In this document: in pieces, positions 1-7,490 of the stretch
How the letters are laid out: the number at the start of each line of letters is the position of its first letter
How positions within the stretch are numbered: position 1 is the stretch's first letter
Assembly (NCBI GenBank): GCA_049317085.1
Contig: JBMOIY010000019.1
Location: 2,161 to 26,160, forward strand
Direction of reading: 5' to 3'
DNA length: 24,000 nt
DNA from: Rickettsiales bacterium
Lineage (GTDB): Bacteria; Pseudomonadota; Alphaproteobacteria; Rickettsiales; UBA3002
Program-made: the position numbers and the translations under genes
Notes under the pieces: model-generated
The model's database searches: none
Told to the model about the DNA's origin: nothing
The model's input: only the letters and a program-made list of their open reading frames with translations

Positions 1-486
1 GTTAAATTCTTTGGGAGATAACTTTATCCGCTCACCGCGTAAGGATACAATGCGTTTCATCAGATCGATAGTGAGATCACCGATGATAACGGTCGTTTCT
101 TCTGCATCAGCGACAATCGCATCACGCAAAGCAGCGCGCAGCCGTGCCAGAAGCTCCCCTGTGCCAAAAGGCTTGGTGACATAATCATTGGCGCCGAGGT
201 CGAAGGCTTTGATTTTTTCCTGTTCGCCGCTACGCACGCTAAGCACGATGATCGGTATTTTTGACCATTCGCGCACGCTTTTAATGACCTCAGTACCATC
301 AATATCAGGCAAGCCAAGATCGAGCAACACAGCATCAGGCTTTACCGAGGTGGCAAGGCGAATGCCCTCATTTCCTGACTCAGCGGGAATGACTGCATAG
401 TCGTGGGAGGTGAGTGTAATGGTCAGGAATTTCCTTATCTGTGGATCATCTTCAATCACCAGTATTTTCGGTTGCGTGGTTCTCAT
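1..486 (-). CDS. kdpE: OmpR-family response regulator, KdpE-like. Partial: the C-terminal DNA-binding domain runs off the left edge.
   Basis: Not in the ORF track because there is no stop inside the window. The reverse complement from ATG at 486-484 reads open for 162 codons to position 1: MRTTQPKILVIEDDPQIRKFLTITL...LLDLGLPDIDG...WSKIPIIVLSVRSGEQEKIKAFDLGANDYVTKPFGTGELLARLRAAL. The receiver-domain motifs (DD, D in LDLGLPD, K in TKPF) and the block after the phospho-Asp closely resemble E. coli KdpE as I recall it. It lies 3 nt downstream of the KdpD-like kinase stop. Confidence 0.8.
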   Translation of the reverse strand, partial: MRTTQPKILVIEDDPQIRKFLTITLTSHDYAVIPAESGNEGIRLATSVKPDAVLLDLGLPDIDGTEVIKSVREWSKIPIIVLSVRSGEQEKIKAFDLGANDYVTKPFGTGELLARLRAALRDAIVADAEETTVIIGDLTIDLMKRIVSLRGERIKLSPKEFN

Positions 487-489
487 GGT

Positions 490-2034
490 TCAAACTTCTT
501 CTATTTCTTCTTCAATATCAATTGGTATTAGCGCTTCTTTTGGTAATGCAAGCCGCACACACGCACCCTTGCCATCGTGCGGATCAATAGCTGCAATCGT
601 TCCACCATGCGCCTCGATAATCCCACGGCAAATATAAAGCCCCAGCCCCGTTCCTGCGATTTTACGGTCACCGTGCTTGGAGCGGTAGAACTTCACGAAA
701 ATGGCTTCCCGTTCCGATTCAGGGATACCTTCGCCGTCATCATCAATATCGATGGTGGCGGATTGTTCGTTAAAGGATGCAATAATCTTCACCTCTCCTT
801 CGGGTGGGCCATATTTGATGGCGTTTTCTAGCAGGTTCAGGAACACCAGCTCCATCAATGCGGAATTGACATATAGCAGTGGAAAATCTGGCGCTGCTTG
901 AATAGAAAAACGCTGCTTACCGATTAATGGGTGAAGGGATTTAAGGCTACTTGCCAGCATATCGCGCAAAAGCACTGTGTCTTTGTGTATAGCTTCAAGC
1001 CCGGATTCAAGACGGCTGATTTCTACCAGATTATTGATGAAGCGGTTGAGTTTTTGCGCTTCTTCCAGCCCTCCGGCGACCATCTCGCGGCTGTCGAAAT
1101 TATCCTGCACTTGTTTCATTTCCTTGAGCGAACTAAACGCGCCGATGACCGTCACCAGCGGTGTTTTGAAATCATGCGATACGGAAGAAAGCAAAGCGGA
1201 AAGAAATTTCTCTCGCTCGGCATCGCGCAGTTTTTTCTGATGCGCTTCGGCAAGGCGTGCTTTTTCAAGGGCGCTGGCGGTTTGTGCGGTGAGCGTTGCC
1301 AGCACTTTAGAAGAAAAACGCTCAACTACATCCGAGCCGACGCAGAGTAACCCAAGCGCGGATTCCTGCACAGAAAGCGGGAGGTAAAGATTTTGGCTAT
1401 CGGTAAAATGCTTGGTGCCACTGCCAACGGGCGTATTGTTATCAATGCAAAACTGCCCTGCTTGATTGAGTCTTTCTCTCTCGCTTCTCAAGATGATTGT
1501 CGCCTCACTATCCAGCAATGAGGATAATTTTGCCTCTGCTGCGCGGCGCATATCAGGGATATTGGCAATCCCCAGCATGTCCTGGCTCAAAGCATAGACG
1601 CCCGAAAGCACGCGCTCGCGCTGCATTGCCTCTCGCGCCAACTTGCGTATGCGGCTGGAAAGCGCACTTGCCACAATCGCTACAAAACTAAGTGCAAACA
1701 TTTTTGCAACGTTTTCGACCTCCCACAGTCCGATGTGCCATACTGGAGGCAGAAGCACGAAGTTATAGGCAAGTACGGAGAATACAGCAGCGATAAGCGA
1801 AGCTCGCAGACCATAAACTACTGCGCCCACCAGTACCGGAATGACAAACAGTACGCTCAGTGCTTCAGGCGATGGAAAACCCGCCGATACTAATAACCAT
1901 GCGACCAGTGATGTGAAAATAACGGGAGCAACGGTAATACTAACGCTGGCGAAAAAATTATGGCTACGCGAACCTATTTCACCTTCGGTGATAAAATGAT
2001 GAAGCTGTGATTCCAGTGTGACAGCGGGTGCCAT
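490..2034 (-). CDS. kdpD: Sensor histidine kinase, the KdpD C-terminal-half type (DUF4118 membrane domain + HisKA + HATPase_c). It lacks the N-terminal KdpD/Usp sensing domains.
   Basis: 514-aa ORF. It has four predicted TM helices at the N-terminus in the DUF4118 style (VAPVIFTSLVAWLL..., VLFVIPVLVGAVVYG..., LIAAVFSVLAYNFVLLPP..., MFALSFVAIVASAL). H-box SHDFKTPL, N-box LLENAIKYG, G1 DDDGEGIP, G2 GTGLGL. Its stop lies 3 nt upstream of the kdpE-like start on the same strand. Confidence 0.7.
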   Translation of the reverse strand: MAPAVTLESQLHHFITEGEIGSRSHNFFASVSITVAPVIFTSLVAWLLVSAGFPSPEALSVLFVIPVLVGAVVYGLRASLIAAVFSVLAYNFVLLPPVWHIGLWEVENVAKMFALSFVAIVASALSSRIRKLAREAMQRERVLSGVYALSQDMLGIANIPDMRRAAEAKLSSLLDSEATIILRSERERLNQAGQFCIDNNTPVGSGTKHFTDSQNLYLPLSVQESALGLLCVGSDVVERFSSKVLATLTAQTASALEKARLAEAHQKKLRDAEREKFLSALLSSVSHDFKTPLVTVIGAFSSLKEMKQVQDNFDSREMVAGGLEEAQKLNRFINNLVEISRLESGLEAIHKDTVLLRDMLASSLKSLHPLIGKQRFSIQAAPDFPLLYVNSALMELVFLNLLENAIKYGPPEGEVKIIASFNEQSATIDIDDDGEGIPESEREAIFVKFYRSKHGDRKIAGTGLGLYICRGIIEAHGGTIAAIDPHDGKGACVRLALPKEALIPIDIEEEIEEV

Positions 2035-2046
2035 AGATTCCTTTGA

Positions 2047-2745
2047 TTAAAACATGCCGCTAACCAGTTGCCATATTACCCACGCATACCCACTGATTAG
2101 TGCTACAAAAAAGCATAAGGCAAAAAACGTGAGTAGCCAACCTGTTATCATAAAAATGCCATCACGTTCTGTAATGGCGAGCGCCAGAACAGCCATAGCA
2201 ATGCCAAGAGGTAGGTTCCCTAAAGGAATGGGCAGCGCAATAAGCAACGCGAGCAACAGGATCAGCCCGCCGGCAAAACGCTCAAAATTCCGTGTGGTAA
2301 TTTTGTCAAGACGAGGCTTTACCATTTTCTCCAATCGCACCAGCCACGGCAATGACTTTTGCAGTAACGGCCTGAGTTTACACATTGGAATCTGGCGACT
2401 TGCTAACCAGCCGGGAAGCCATATATGCTCCTTACCTAAACAAAGCTGCGCGGCAAAAAATATGAGTGGAAGGCTAGTAAGCGTTGATACTCCGGGAATG
2501 GGGAGCGGAATCGTATTGGGAAGCGCAAACAATAAAAGCATCAACCCGAATCCACGATCCCCAAGCTGCGCCGATAGGTCACGTACACTTATGCTATCAC
2601 CATGAAACCCTGTAATTTCATGAAGAATGCTGCTGCTAGAACGGTAGCGACTGCCACGCTCCTTTGGCAAAGCGACCAGGCGCGATGCAGTCGTTGCTTG
2701 ATCCATATCCATCCCTCTTTCATCGAGTCGATAAAATTTTTGCAT
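2047..2745 (-). CDS. exoD: Exopolysaccharide synthesis protein, ExoD family, membrane protein
   Basis: 232-aa ORF. The block SVRDLSAQLGDRGFGLMLLLFALPNTIPLPIPGVSTL...IFFAAQL..G....WLP.WL, followed by two more hydrophobic segments, is the ExoD (PF06055) pattern as I recall it. The start is uncertain: the ATG at 2706 (MDQATT...) has a better Shine-Dalgarno (AGAGGG plus 6 nt) than the ATG at 2745. Confidence 0.7.
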   Translation of the reverse strand: MQKFYRLDERGMDMDQATTASRLVALPKERGSRYRSSSSILHEITGFHGDSISVRDLSAQLGDRGFGLMLLLFALPNTIPLPIPGVSTLTSLPLIFFAAQLCLGKEHIWLPGWLASRQIPMCKLRPLLQKSLPWLVRLEKMVKPRLDKITTRNFERFAGGLILLLALLIALPIPLGNLPLGIAMAVLALAITERDGIFMITGWLLTFFALCFFVALISGYAWVIWQLVSGMF

Positions 2746-2844
2746 GGGCGTAGGGGATGGATTTCTTCAAAATCCGCATCAATCACTGCCCGTGCTTCTG
2801 CGTTCAACAGATCACCTTCAGGGAAGCCCCGCTCATAAGGACTT

Positions 2845-3057
2845 TTACGCATAGCCCGTCCGTTTCGGAATGAGGGAGCGAAGACGCTGTCCGATCCGCG
2901 AAAGCCGTTTGCGCTTGGTACAATATTCCAGCAGCGCAAATTCTCGGTCGTCAGGTAATTCCCTCCACCCATCATCTTGGCTGTCGAGCAACCGGTACAG
3001 TGAACGATCACTAAGCGTAAAGACATCCAAGCCTCCATAATCCGATGATTTAGACAT
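2845..3057 (-). CDS. Hypothetical small protein (70 aa), downstream partner of the amphi-Trp gene
   Basis: ATG at 3057 is preceded by GGGAGA plus 7 nt and lies 13 nt after the amphi-Trp gene stop. Sequence: MSKSSDYGGLDVFTLSDRSLYRLLDSQDDGWRELPDDREFALLEYCTKRKRL... I recognise no family. This is the internal start of track ORF 2845..3201. Confidence 0.5.
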   Translation of the reverse strand: MSKSSDYGGLDVFTLSDRSLYRLLDSQDDGWRELPDDREFALLEYCTKRKRLSRIGQRLRSLIPKRTGYA

Positions 3058-3070
3058 AGTTTTTCTCCCG

Positions 3071-3298
3071 TCAGTTTTTCCATTTGATCTGAAATTCAAT
3101 TTCTTCTTCGCGTCCCGCGCGCTCATGCTCGACGTTGAAGATAGCATCCTTGGGAACGTAAATGCGCTCACCTGCGATCTGGATATCGAACCTTTCGCCA
3201 TTTTCCAGACAATCTGCCAGCCTACGAATCTTCTCCACGAATTGCTCCGTGCTATAGGTTTTTTCGATATCGCGGTTTTTCATTTTCACGGTATTCAT
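3071..3298 (-). CDS. Amphi-Trp domain-containing small protein (75 aa)
   Basis: Strong SD (AAGGAG plus 5 nt). MNTVKMKNRDIEKTYSTEQFVEKIRRLADCLENGERFDIQIAGERIYVPKDAIFNVEHERAGREEEIEFQIKWKN. An acidic beta-hairpin-like tail ending in E-I-E-F-x-I-K-W-K matches my recollection of the amphi-Trp family (TIGR04354-like). Recalled, not searched. Confidence 0.5.
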   Translation of the reverse strand: MNTVKMKNRDIEKTYSTEQFVEKIRRLADCLENGERFDIQIAGERIYVPKDAIFNVEHERAGREEEIEFQIKWKN

Positions 3299-3322
3299 GT
3301 TTTCTCCTTTTTGGTTAATATG

Positions 3323-4072
3323 TTACTGTCTTCTATCGCCCAGCAGATGCATCAGACTAATGAAGATATTGATGAAATCGAGATAGAGCGTCAGCGCCCC
3401 CATGATGACGGTTTTCGCCATCGCTTCGCCCTCAATCTGTAACTCGTAGTAAAGATTTTTTAGCTTTTGCGTGTCGTAAGCGGTAAGGCCGGTGAACACC
3501 AATACGCCGATGACAGAGAGTGCGAACTGCAACGCCGAGCTTTGCAGGAAGATATTGACCAATGAAGCAAGAATTAGGCCAATCACACCCATAATCAGGA
3601 ACGAGCCAAGCTTGGTCAGATCACGCTGCGTGGTGTAGCCGTAAATGCTCATAGTGCCGAATGTGCCAGCGGTGATAAAAAACACACGGGCGATGCTGGT
3701 GCCGGTATAGGTAAGAAATAGCGTGGTGAGCGATAGCCCCATCACCACGGCAAAACCCCAGAATCCGGCTTGCGCAGCGCCAAGGCTCATTTTATGAAGC
3801 GCAAACCCCATCCACATGGACATGCCCAGCGGGGCAAGCATAATGATCCACGCCAGAGGCTTCATGCCGGTAACCGCCGTGCCTTCCATCACATACATGG
3901 CGTTAAGAAATGCCGGTGACTGCACCGCAAGCAATGCGACAATACCCGTAATGGCGAGCGCACTTCCCATGTAGTTGTAAATTTTGAGCATGTAGGCGCG
4001 TAGGCCAGCATCGTAGATGGCAGCTTGTGCGGTGCTATTCTGGCGTGCAGCCTGAGTATAGTAGTCGTTCAT
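3323..4072 (-). CDS. Bax inhibitor-1/YccA family membrane protein
   Basis: 249 aa with seven hydrophobic segments. The N-terminus ...AIYDAGLRAYMLKIYNYMGSALAITGIVA and the C-terminus ...GALTLYLDFINIFISLMHLLG are typical of alphaproteobacterial BI-1/YccA proteins. Confidence 0.85.
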   Translation of the reverse strand: MNDYYTQAARQNSTAQAAIYDAGLRAYMLKIYNYMGSALAITGIVALLAVQSPAFLNAMYVMEGTAVTGMKPLAWIIMLAPLGMSMWMGFALHKMSLGAAQAGFWGFAVVMGLSLTTLFLTYTGTSIARVFFITAGTFGTMSIYGYTTQRDLTKLGSFLIMGVIGLILASLVNIFLQSSALQFALSVIGVLVFTGLTAYDTQKLKNLYYELQIEGEAMAKTVIMGALTLYLDFINIFISLMHLLGDRRQ

Positions 4073-4316
4073 GGCGGTTCTTTCTCTTTCAAATTACGCG
4101 CAGTCTTTTTGCGCACACTCATTAATACACCAGCACACCGCCAAATCGCTGTACTGACTCTGCCTTGCCTTCGTTTTAATTGCGTAGTGATGGTGTAAAA
4201 ATTCCGTATATTCCCGCCTACGGAAGTACAGCGGCTTCCGCCTTCAGTCGGTACGGACTTACTACGGCCATGCTTGTTATAGTTTCTTAAAGTTAAACAA
4301 CCATAAGGAGGAACTA

Positions 4317-4487
4317 ATGCATGACCAAGATTCATATAGTCTCTACTGCGCGATGCTCCTGCAAGAATACCAGCAGCACGGCACCGCCTTAAACGGTATC
4401 GACCAATCGATTGTGGATGCGTGCCAAAGTTATCTGGACACCAATACTCAAAGGTATCGTGAAAACAGCAAAGAGGTTTGTTTATGA
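4317..4487 (+). CDS. Hypothetical small protein (56 aa), first gene of a four-gene small-protein array
   Basis: Below the ORF-track length cutoff. Perfect SD AAGGAGG plus 6 nt before ATG 4317. MHDQDSYSLYCAMLLQEYQQHGTALNGIDQSIVDACQSYLDTNTQRYRENSKEVCL. Its TGA (4485-4487) overlaps the next ATG (4484-4486) as ATGA. Confidence 0.5.
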   Translation: MHDQDSYSLYCAMLLQEYQQHGTALNGIDQSIVDACQSYLDTNTQRYRENSKEVCL

Positions 4488-4768
4488 GTTCGATGAAGCA
4501 TTTTACCCGTTCCGTCCGTCAGGAAATCAGTAGGATTTCTATGACCATTAAGCAGATGGAGTTCCGTATCGCGCGCTTTCGAGGACTCCTAAGGCGGAAA
4601 CTGCGGGAAGAAATTCAGGAACTACGACGCATGAAAGACGCGATCATGCATCGGCTGTCGGAATTAACGGCTGAAGCGCGGCTACACTTACCCACCATGC
4701 AATCCATCCGCGATGACATCGCGTTGCTACATGAGCGTTGCCGTCAATTGAAAACTCAACATTTATAG
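4484..4768 (+). CDS. Hypothetical coiled-coil small protein (94 aa)
   Basis: ATG at 4484 (the track starts at TTG 4478), with AAGAGG 8 nt upstream and ATGA coupling to the previous ORF. The sequence is Arg/Glu/Leu-rich and heptad-like (KQMEFRIARFRGLLRRKLREEIQELRRMKDAIMHRLSELTAEARL...). Confidence 0.55.
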   Translation: MSSMKHFTRSVRQEISRISMTIKQMEFRIARFRGLLRRKLREEIQELRRMKDAIMHRLSELTAEARLHLPTMQSIRDDIALLHERCRQLKTQHL

Positions 4769-4778
4769 GAGTAAAACC

Positions 4779-5003
4779 ATGATTTTGCCGCTGGGCGCAA
4801 CGTCACCCGACACCGGCTATTCGTTCCCTTACCTGTATGGTGTGGGGTACGACTATGGTGGACGGTTTGTACCGAGACAAACCCCACCGGTGCCCCCGCC
4901 GGTGGGGACGGAGGTTAGGGATATGGTGTCTTTAAGCCCTGCCGCCCAGCGTATTCTTGATCAAGCGGAACGCTTAACAAAAATGAGTATAGGAAAGGAA
5001 TAA
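4779..5003 (+). CDS. Hypothetical small protein (74 aa) with a Gly/Tyr- and Pro-rich N-terminal half
   Basis: SD AGGAG plus 7 nt. MILPLGATSPDTGYSFPYLYGVGYDYGGRFVPRQTPPVPPPVGTEVRDMVSLSPAAQRILDQAERL... No family recognised. Confidence 0.5.
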   Translation: MILPLGATSPDTGYSFPYLYGVGYDYGGRFVPRQTPPVPPPVGTEVRDMVSLSPAAQRILDQAERLTKMSIGKE

Positions 5004-5006
5004 CCA

Positions 5007-5231
5007 ATGACCGCCATCCATTGCCCCATATGCCAAGCGCCTTTCAAAGAAGTAGCGAGAGAAGGTGTTTTGATCGACGTATGTACCCAATGTAGAGGAG
5101 TATGGCTTGACAACGGCGAGCTTGAAAAATTAATGGATATAGCGCGCGAAGAGATAAATAAACCCAGAAAGATTGGCCGCAGATCGGATTCCGGGAGATC
5201 GCGCATTGAAAGCTGGCTGGAGCCGTTATAA
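5007..5231 (+). CDS. TFIIB-type zinc-ribbon protein (zf-TFIIB, PF13453-like), 74 aa
   Basis: SD AAGGA plus 7 nt. CPICQAPF...(15 residues)...CTQCRGVWLDNGELEKLM is the CxxC...CxxCxGxWhD.gEL.kl signature of this family. Basic C-terminal tail. Confidence 0.75.
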   Translation: MTAIHCPICQAPFKEVAREGVLIDVCTQCRGVWLDNGELEKLMDIAREEINKPRKIGRRSDSGRSRIESWLEPL

Positions 5232-5292
5232 TTTTCATGCAACGCGACATCGCAATCGTCGCCTGCTAATCCTCTAGAGTTGGAATTTTCGA

Positions 5293-6273
5293 ATGGAATT
5301 TTTCTTTGATGTCGTGATGGGTAAGCCCGTCTGGATGTGGGCTACTTTCATGGGCATTGTGGCTGTCCTGCTCGCTTTTGATTTAGGAGTTTTACACCGC
5401 AAAACACGGGAAATTTCCATTAAGGAAAGTCTGTGGCTTAGTGCTTTTTATATTTCTATCGCGCTGCTCTTTGGAGCGTGGGTATGGCATTCACTGGGCG
5501 CACAAAGTGGCAAGGAATATTTCACAGGCTTCATCGTTGAGAAAACACTTGCGATGGATAATGTGTTCATTATCTCTCTGATTTTTACGTATTTCGCAAT
5601 CCCGCCCCTATACCAGCATCGCGTGCTGTTCTGGGGTATTCTCGGTGTGATCGTATTACGCGCCATCATGATTGGACTCGGCGCAACGCTAGTAGCAGAG
5701 TTTAGCTGGATTCTTTACATATTTGCTGTGTTCCTGATCATCACTGGTATCAAAATGCTATGGATCGGTGAAAAGCTACCCAACATCGACAATAACCCGT
5801 TACTCAAATTCCTGCGGCACAATTTCCGTATCAGCAATGAACTTCACGGCCAGAAATTTACCGTGAAGCTGCCTGATCAAAAAACCGGCAAACTTAAAAC
5901 CTTCGGTACGCCGTTGCTGGTAGCGCTTGTGCTGATCGAGTTCGTGGATTTAATCTTCGCGGTAGATAGCGTACCTGCCATCTTCACCATTACGCTTGAC
6001 CCGTATATCGTTTACACCAGCAACATCTTTGCCATCCTTGGCTTGCGTGCGCTGTATTTCGCGCTCGCCGCCATTATCCACCGCTTCAAATATCTGAAGC
6101 AAGCATTGGCGTGGGTACTTATTTTTATTGGATCAAAAACCTTCATCGCCGATGCGATGGGCATGGAAAAATTTCCCGCCAGCCTCTCGCTGGGTGTGAC
6201 CTTTGCCATCATCCTAGCTGGTGTACTGGTGTCACTTTATAAAACAAGAAAGCATGAAGCTATTATCAGCTAA
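5293..6273 (+). CDS. TerC/Alx family integral membrane protein (putative metal, e.g. Mn2+, exporter)
   Basis: 326 aa. Blocks GFIVEKTLAMDNVFIISLIF and LIEFVDLIFAVDSVPAIFTIT...YIVYTSNIFAILGLRALYF are the duplicated TerC signature (E..LS.DN.F / D..FA.DS.PA). Confidence 0.85.
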   Translation: MEFFFDVVMGKPVWMWATFMGIVAVLLAFDLGVLHRKTREISIKESLWLSAFYISIALLFGAWVWHSLGAQSGKEYFTGFIVEKTLAMDNVFIISLIFTYFAIPPLYQHRVLFWGILGVIVLRAIMIGLGATLVAEFSWILYIFAVFLIITGIKMLWIGEKLPNIDNNPLLKFLRHNFRISNELHGQKFTVKLPDQKTGKLKTFGTPLLVALVLIEFVDLIFAVDSVPAIFTITLDPYIVYTSNIFAILGLRALYFALAAIIHRFKYLKQALAWVLIFIGSKTFIADAMGMEKFPASLSLGVTFAIILAGVLVSLYKTRKHEAIIS

Positions 6274-6286
6274 GAAGGAGACAAAT

Positions 6287-6712
6287 ATGCCCAATAAAAA
6301 AATTATAGAAAAACTAAACACCATTTTGGAATTTGAACTGGCGGGTGTGGTTCGCTATACGCATTATTCACTGATGGTCTTTGGCCACACGCGCATTCCT
6401 ATTGTTTCGTGGTTGCGTGAACAGGCCAGTGAATCATTGCTGCATGCCTATCAGGCGGGTGAGCACATCACTACTTTAGGTGGTCATCCATCGCTCAAAA
6501 TCGCCGCATTACTCGAAACGCACAAGCATTCCATCAATGATATTTTGGAAGAAAGCCTTGAACATGAGAGTGAGCAAATCAGAAATTACATGGCATTGCT
6601 GAAACTCGTAGAAGGCAAGTCTGTCTATCTCGAAGAATATGCACGCGCCATGATTAATGATGAAGAAATGCATGTATCTGAAGTGCAAAAAATGCTTCGT
6701 AAGCCCGAGTAA
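6287..6712 (+). CDS. Ferritin-like / bacterioferritin-family protein (141 aa)
   Basis: ATG 6287 follows AAGGAG plus 6 nt (the track ORF starts earlier, inside terC). It aligns without gaps to my recollection of E. coli Bfr over the first ~65 residues (KIIEKLNTILEFEL....Y......). Equivalents of E18, Y25, H54, E94, E127 and H130 are present. Confidence 0.65.
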   Translation: MPNKKIIEKLNTILEFELAGVVRYTHYSLMVFGHTRIPIVSWLREQASESLLHAYQAGEHITTLGGHPSLKIAALLETHKHSINDILEESLEHESEQIRNYMALLKLVEGKSVYLEEYARAMINDEEMHVSEVQKMLRKPE

Positions 6713-6743
6713 TTCTATCGCTAATTTAACCAAGGAGAAACTT

Positions 6744-7490
6744 ATGTTTGATGCTAAAAACTTACTCGCCAATATTGATTCAAATGGACTCGTTGGCAAA
6801 ATGCTTGGCGGTATGGCTACCAAAAATTTTGCTGCCGGATTGCTGACAGGTGGCGTTGCCACTTCGCTACTGGGCGGCGGCAAAGACACAGTGGAAACCG
6901 TAGCAAAAGTTGGTGGGTTGGCGCTGCTAGGGACATTGGCGTACAAAGCCTTCGGCAATTATCAGCAGCAGAAATCTGCGGGCGGCAAAGCCAGTGTTGT
7001 AGATGCGGTAAAGCATTCCGCAAGCGGAATGGCGACACAGGCGAGCAGCATTATTTCTGGTCTGCTTTCAGGCAATCAGCCGTCAAGCGCATCTTTACCC
7101 GCTCCCCTAGCGGCTCCGGCCAATGCAGAACTTCCGCTGGCGATTATCCGCGCCATGATCGCCGCAGCTAAAGCTGATGGGCATATGGATGCGCCGGAAA
7201 CCCAGAAAATTATGGGGCAGCTGGAATCCGCAGGCGTAGGTGCTCAGGAAAAAGCCCTGCTGATGCAGGAAATGGCGAATACGCAGGATGTGAATGCTAT
7301 TGCTAAAGCTGCCACATCGCCACACGATGGCGCGCAAATTTACCTTGCAGCCTTGCTGGTATGCGATAGCCAGTGTGTGCGTGAGCAGGAATACCTCGCC
7401 TCGCTTGCCAGCGCCTTGAAGCTGGAGCCTGCCTTTACCGTCAGCCTGCAAGAAGAACTTCTTAACATGTCGGCACAGGAGGCGGCCTGA
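6744..7490 (+). CDS. TerB-family / DUF533 (YebE-like) membrane-associated protein
   Basis: ATG 6744 follows AAGGAGA plus 5 nt. Gly-rich N-terminal membrane segments (GLLTGGVATSLLGGG, VGGLALLGTLAYKAF) precede a C-terminal TerB-like domain (LAIIRAMIAAAKADGHMDAPETQKI...AQIYLAALLVCD....EQEYL..LA.AL.L). Confidence 0.75.
   Translation: MFDAKNLLANIDSNGLVGKMLGGMATKNFAAGLLTGGVATSLLGGGKDTVETVAKVGGLALLGTLAYKAFGNYQQQKSAGGKASVVDAVKHSASGMATQASSIISGLLSGNQPSSASLPAPLAAPANAELPLAIIRAMIAAAKADGHMDAPETQKIMGQLESAGVGAQEKALLMQEMANTQDVNAIAKAATSPHDGAQIYLAALLVCDSQCVREQEYLASLASALKLEPAFTVSLQEELLNMSAQEAA

Noticed and set aside
60-400. Track ORFs 60..335 (-) and 188..400 (+)
   Set aside because: Both lie inside the kdpE-like gene in the wrong frame or strand. 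The real frame (1..486, minus) reads as a clean receiver domain. It is missing from the track only because its stop is outside the window.
2589-3083. 164-aa minus-strand ORF spanning the exoD start and the 70-aa gene
   Set aside because: It overlaps two better-supported genes in other frames. It has no SD at any internal ATG and no recognisable domain. The piece MRKSPYERGFPEGDLL... would have to overlap exoD by more than 100 nt.
4069-4335. 88-aa minus-strand ORF in the BI-1 / small-operon intergenic region
   Set aside because: It covers the strong SD and start of the plus-strand 56-aa gene. Its composition is Arg/Gly/Thr-rich and low in complexity, and it has no SD. I also looked for an RNA element here: only short 5-bp hairpins (CCGTA..TACGG, GGAAG..CTTCC) are present, which is not enough to call an RNA element.
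5232-5292. Possible yybP-ykoY (Mn2+) riboswitch or PRE element upstream of terC
   Set aside because: The gap is only 61 nt, and I could not find the conserved riboswitch helices or loops in it. It is too short for that element.
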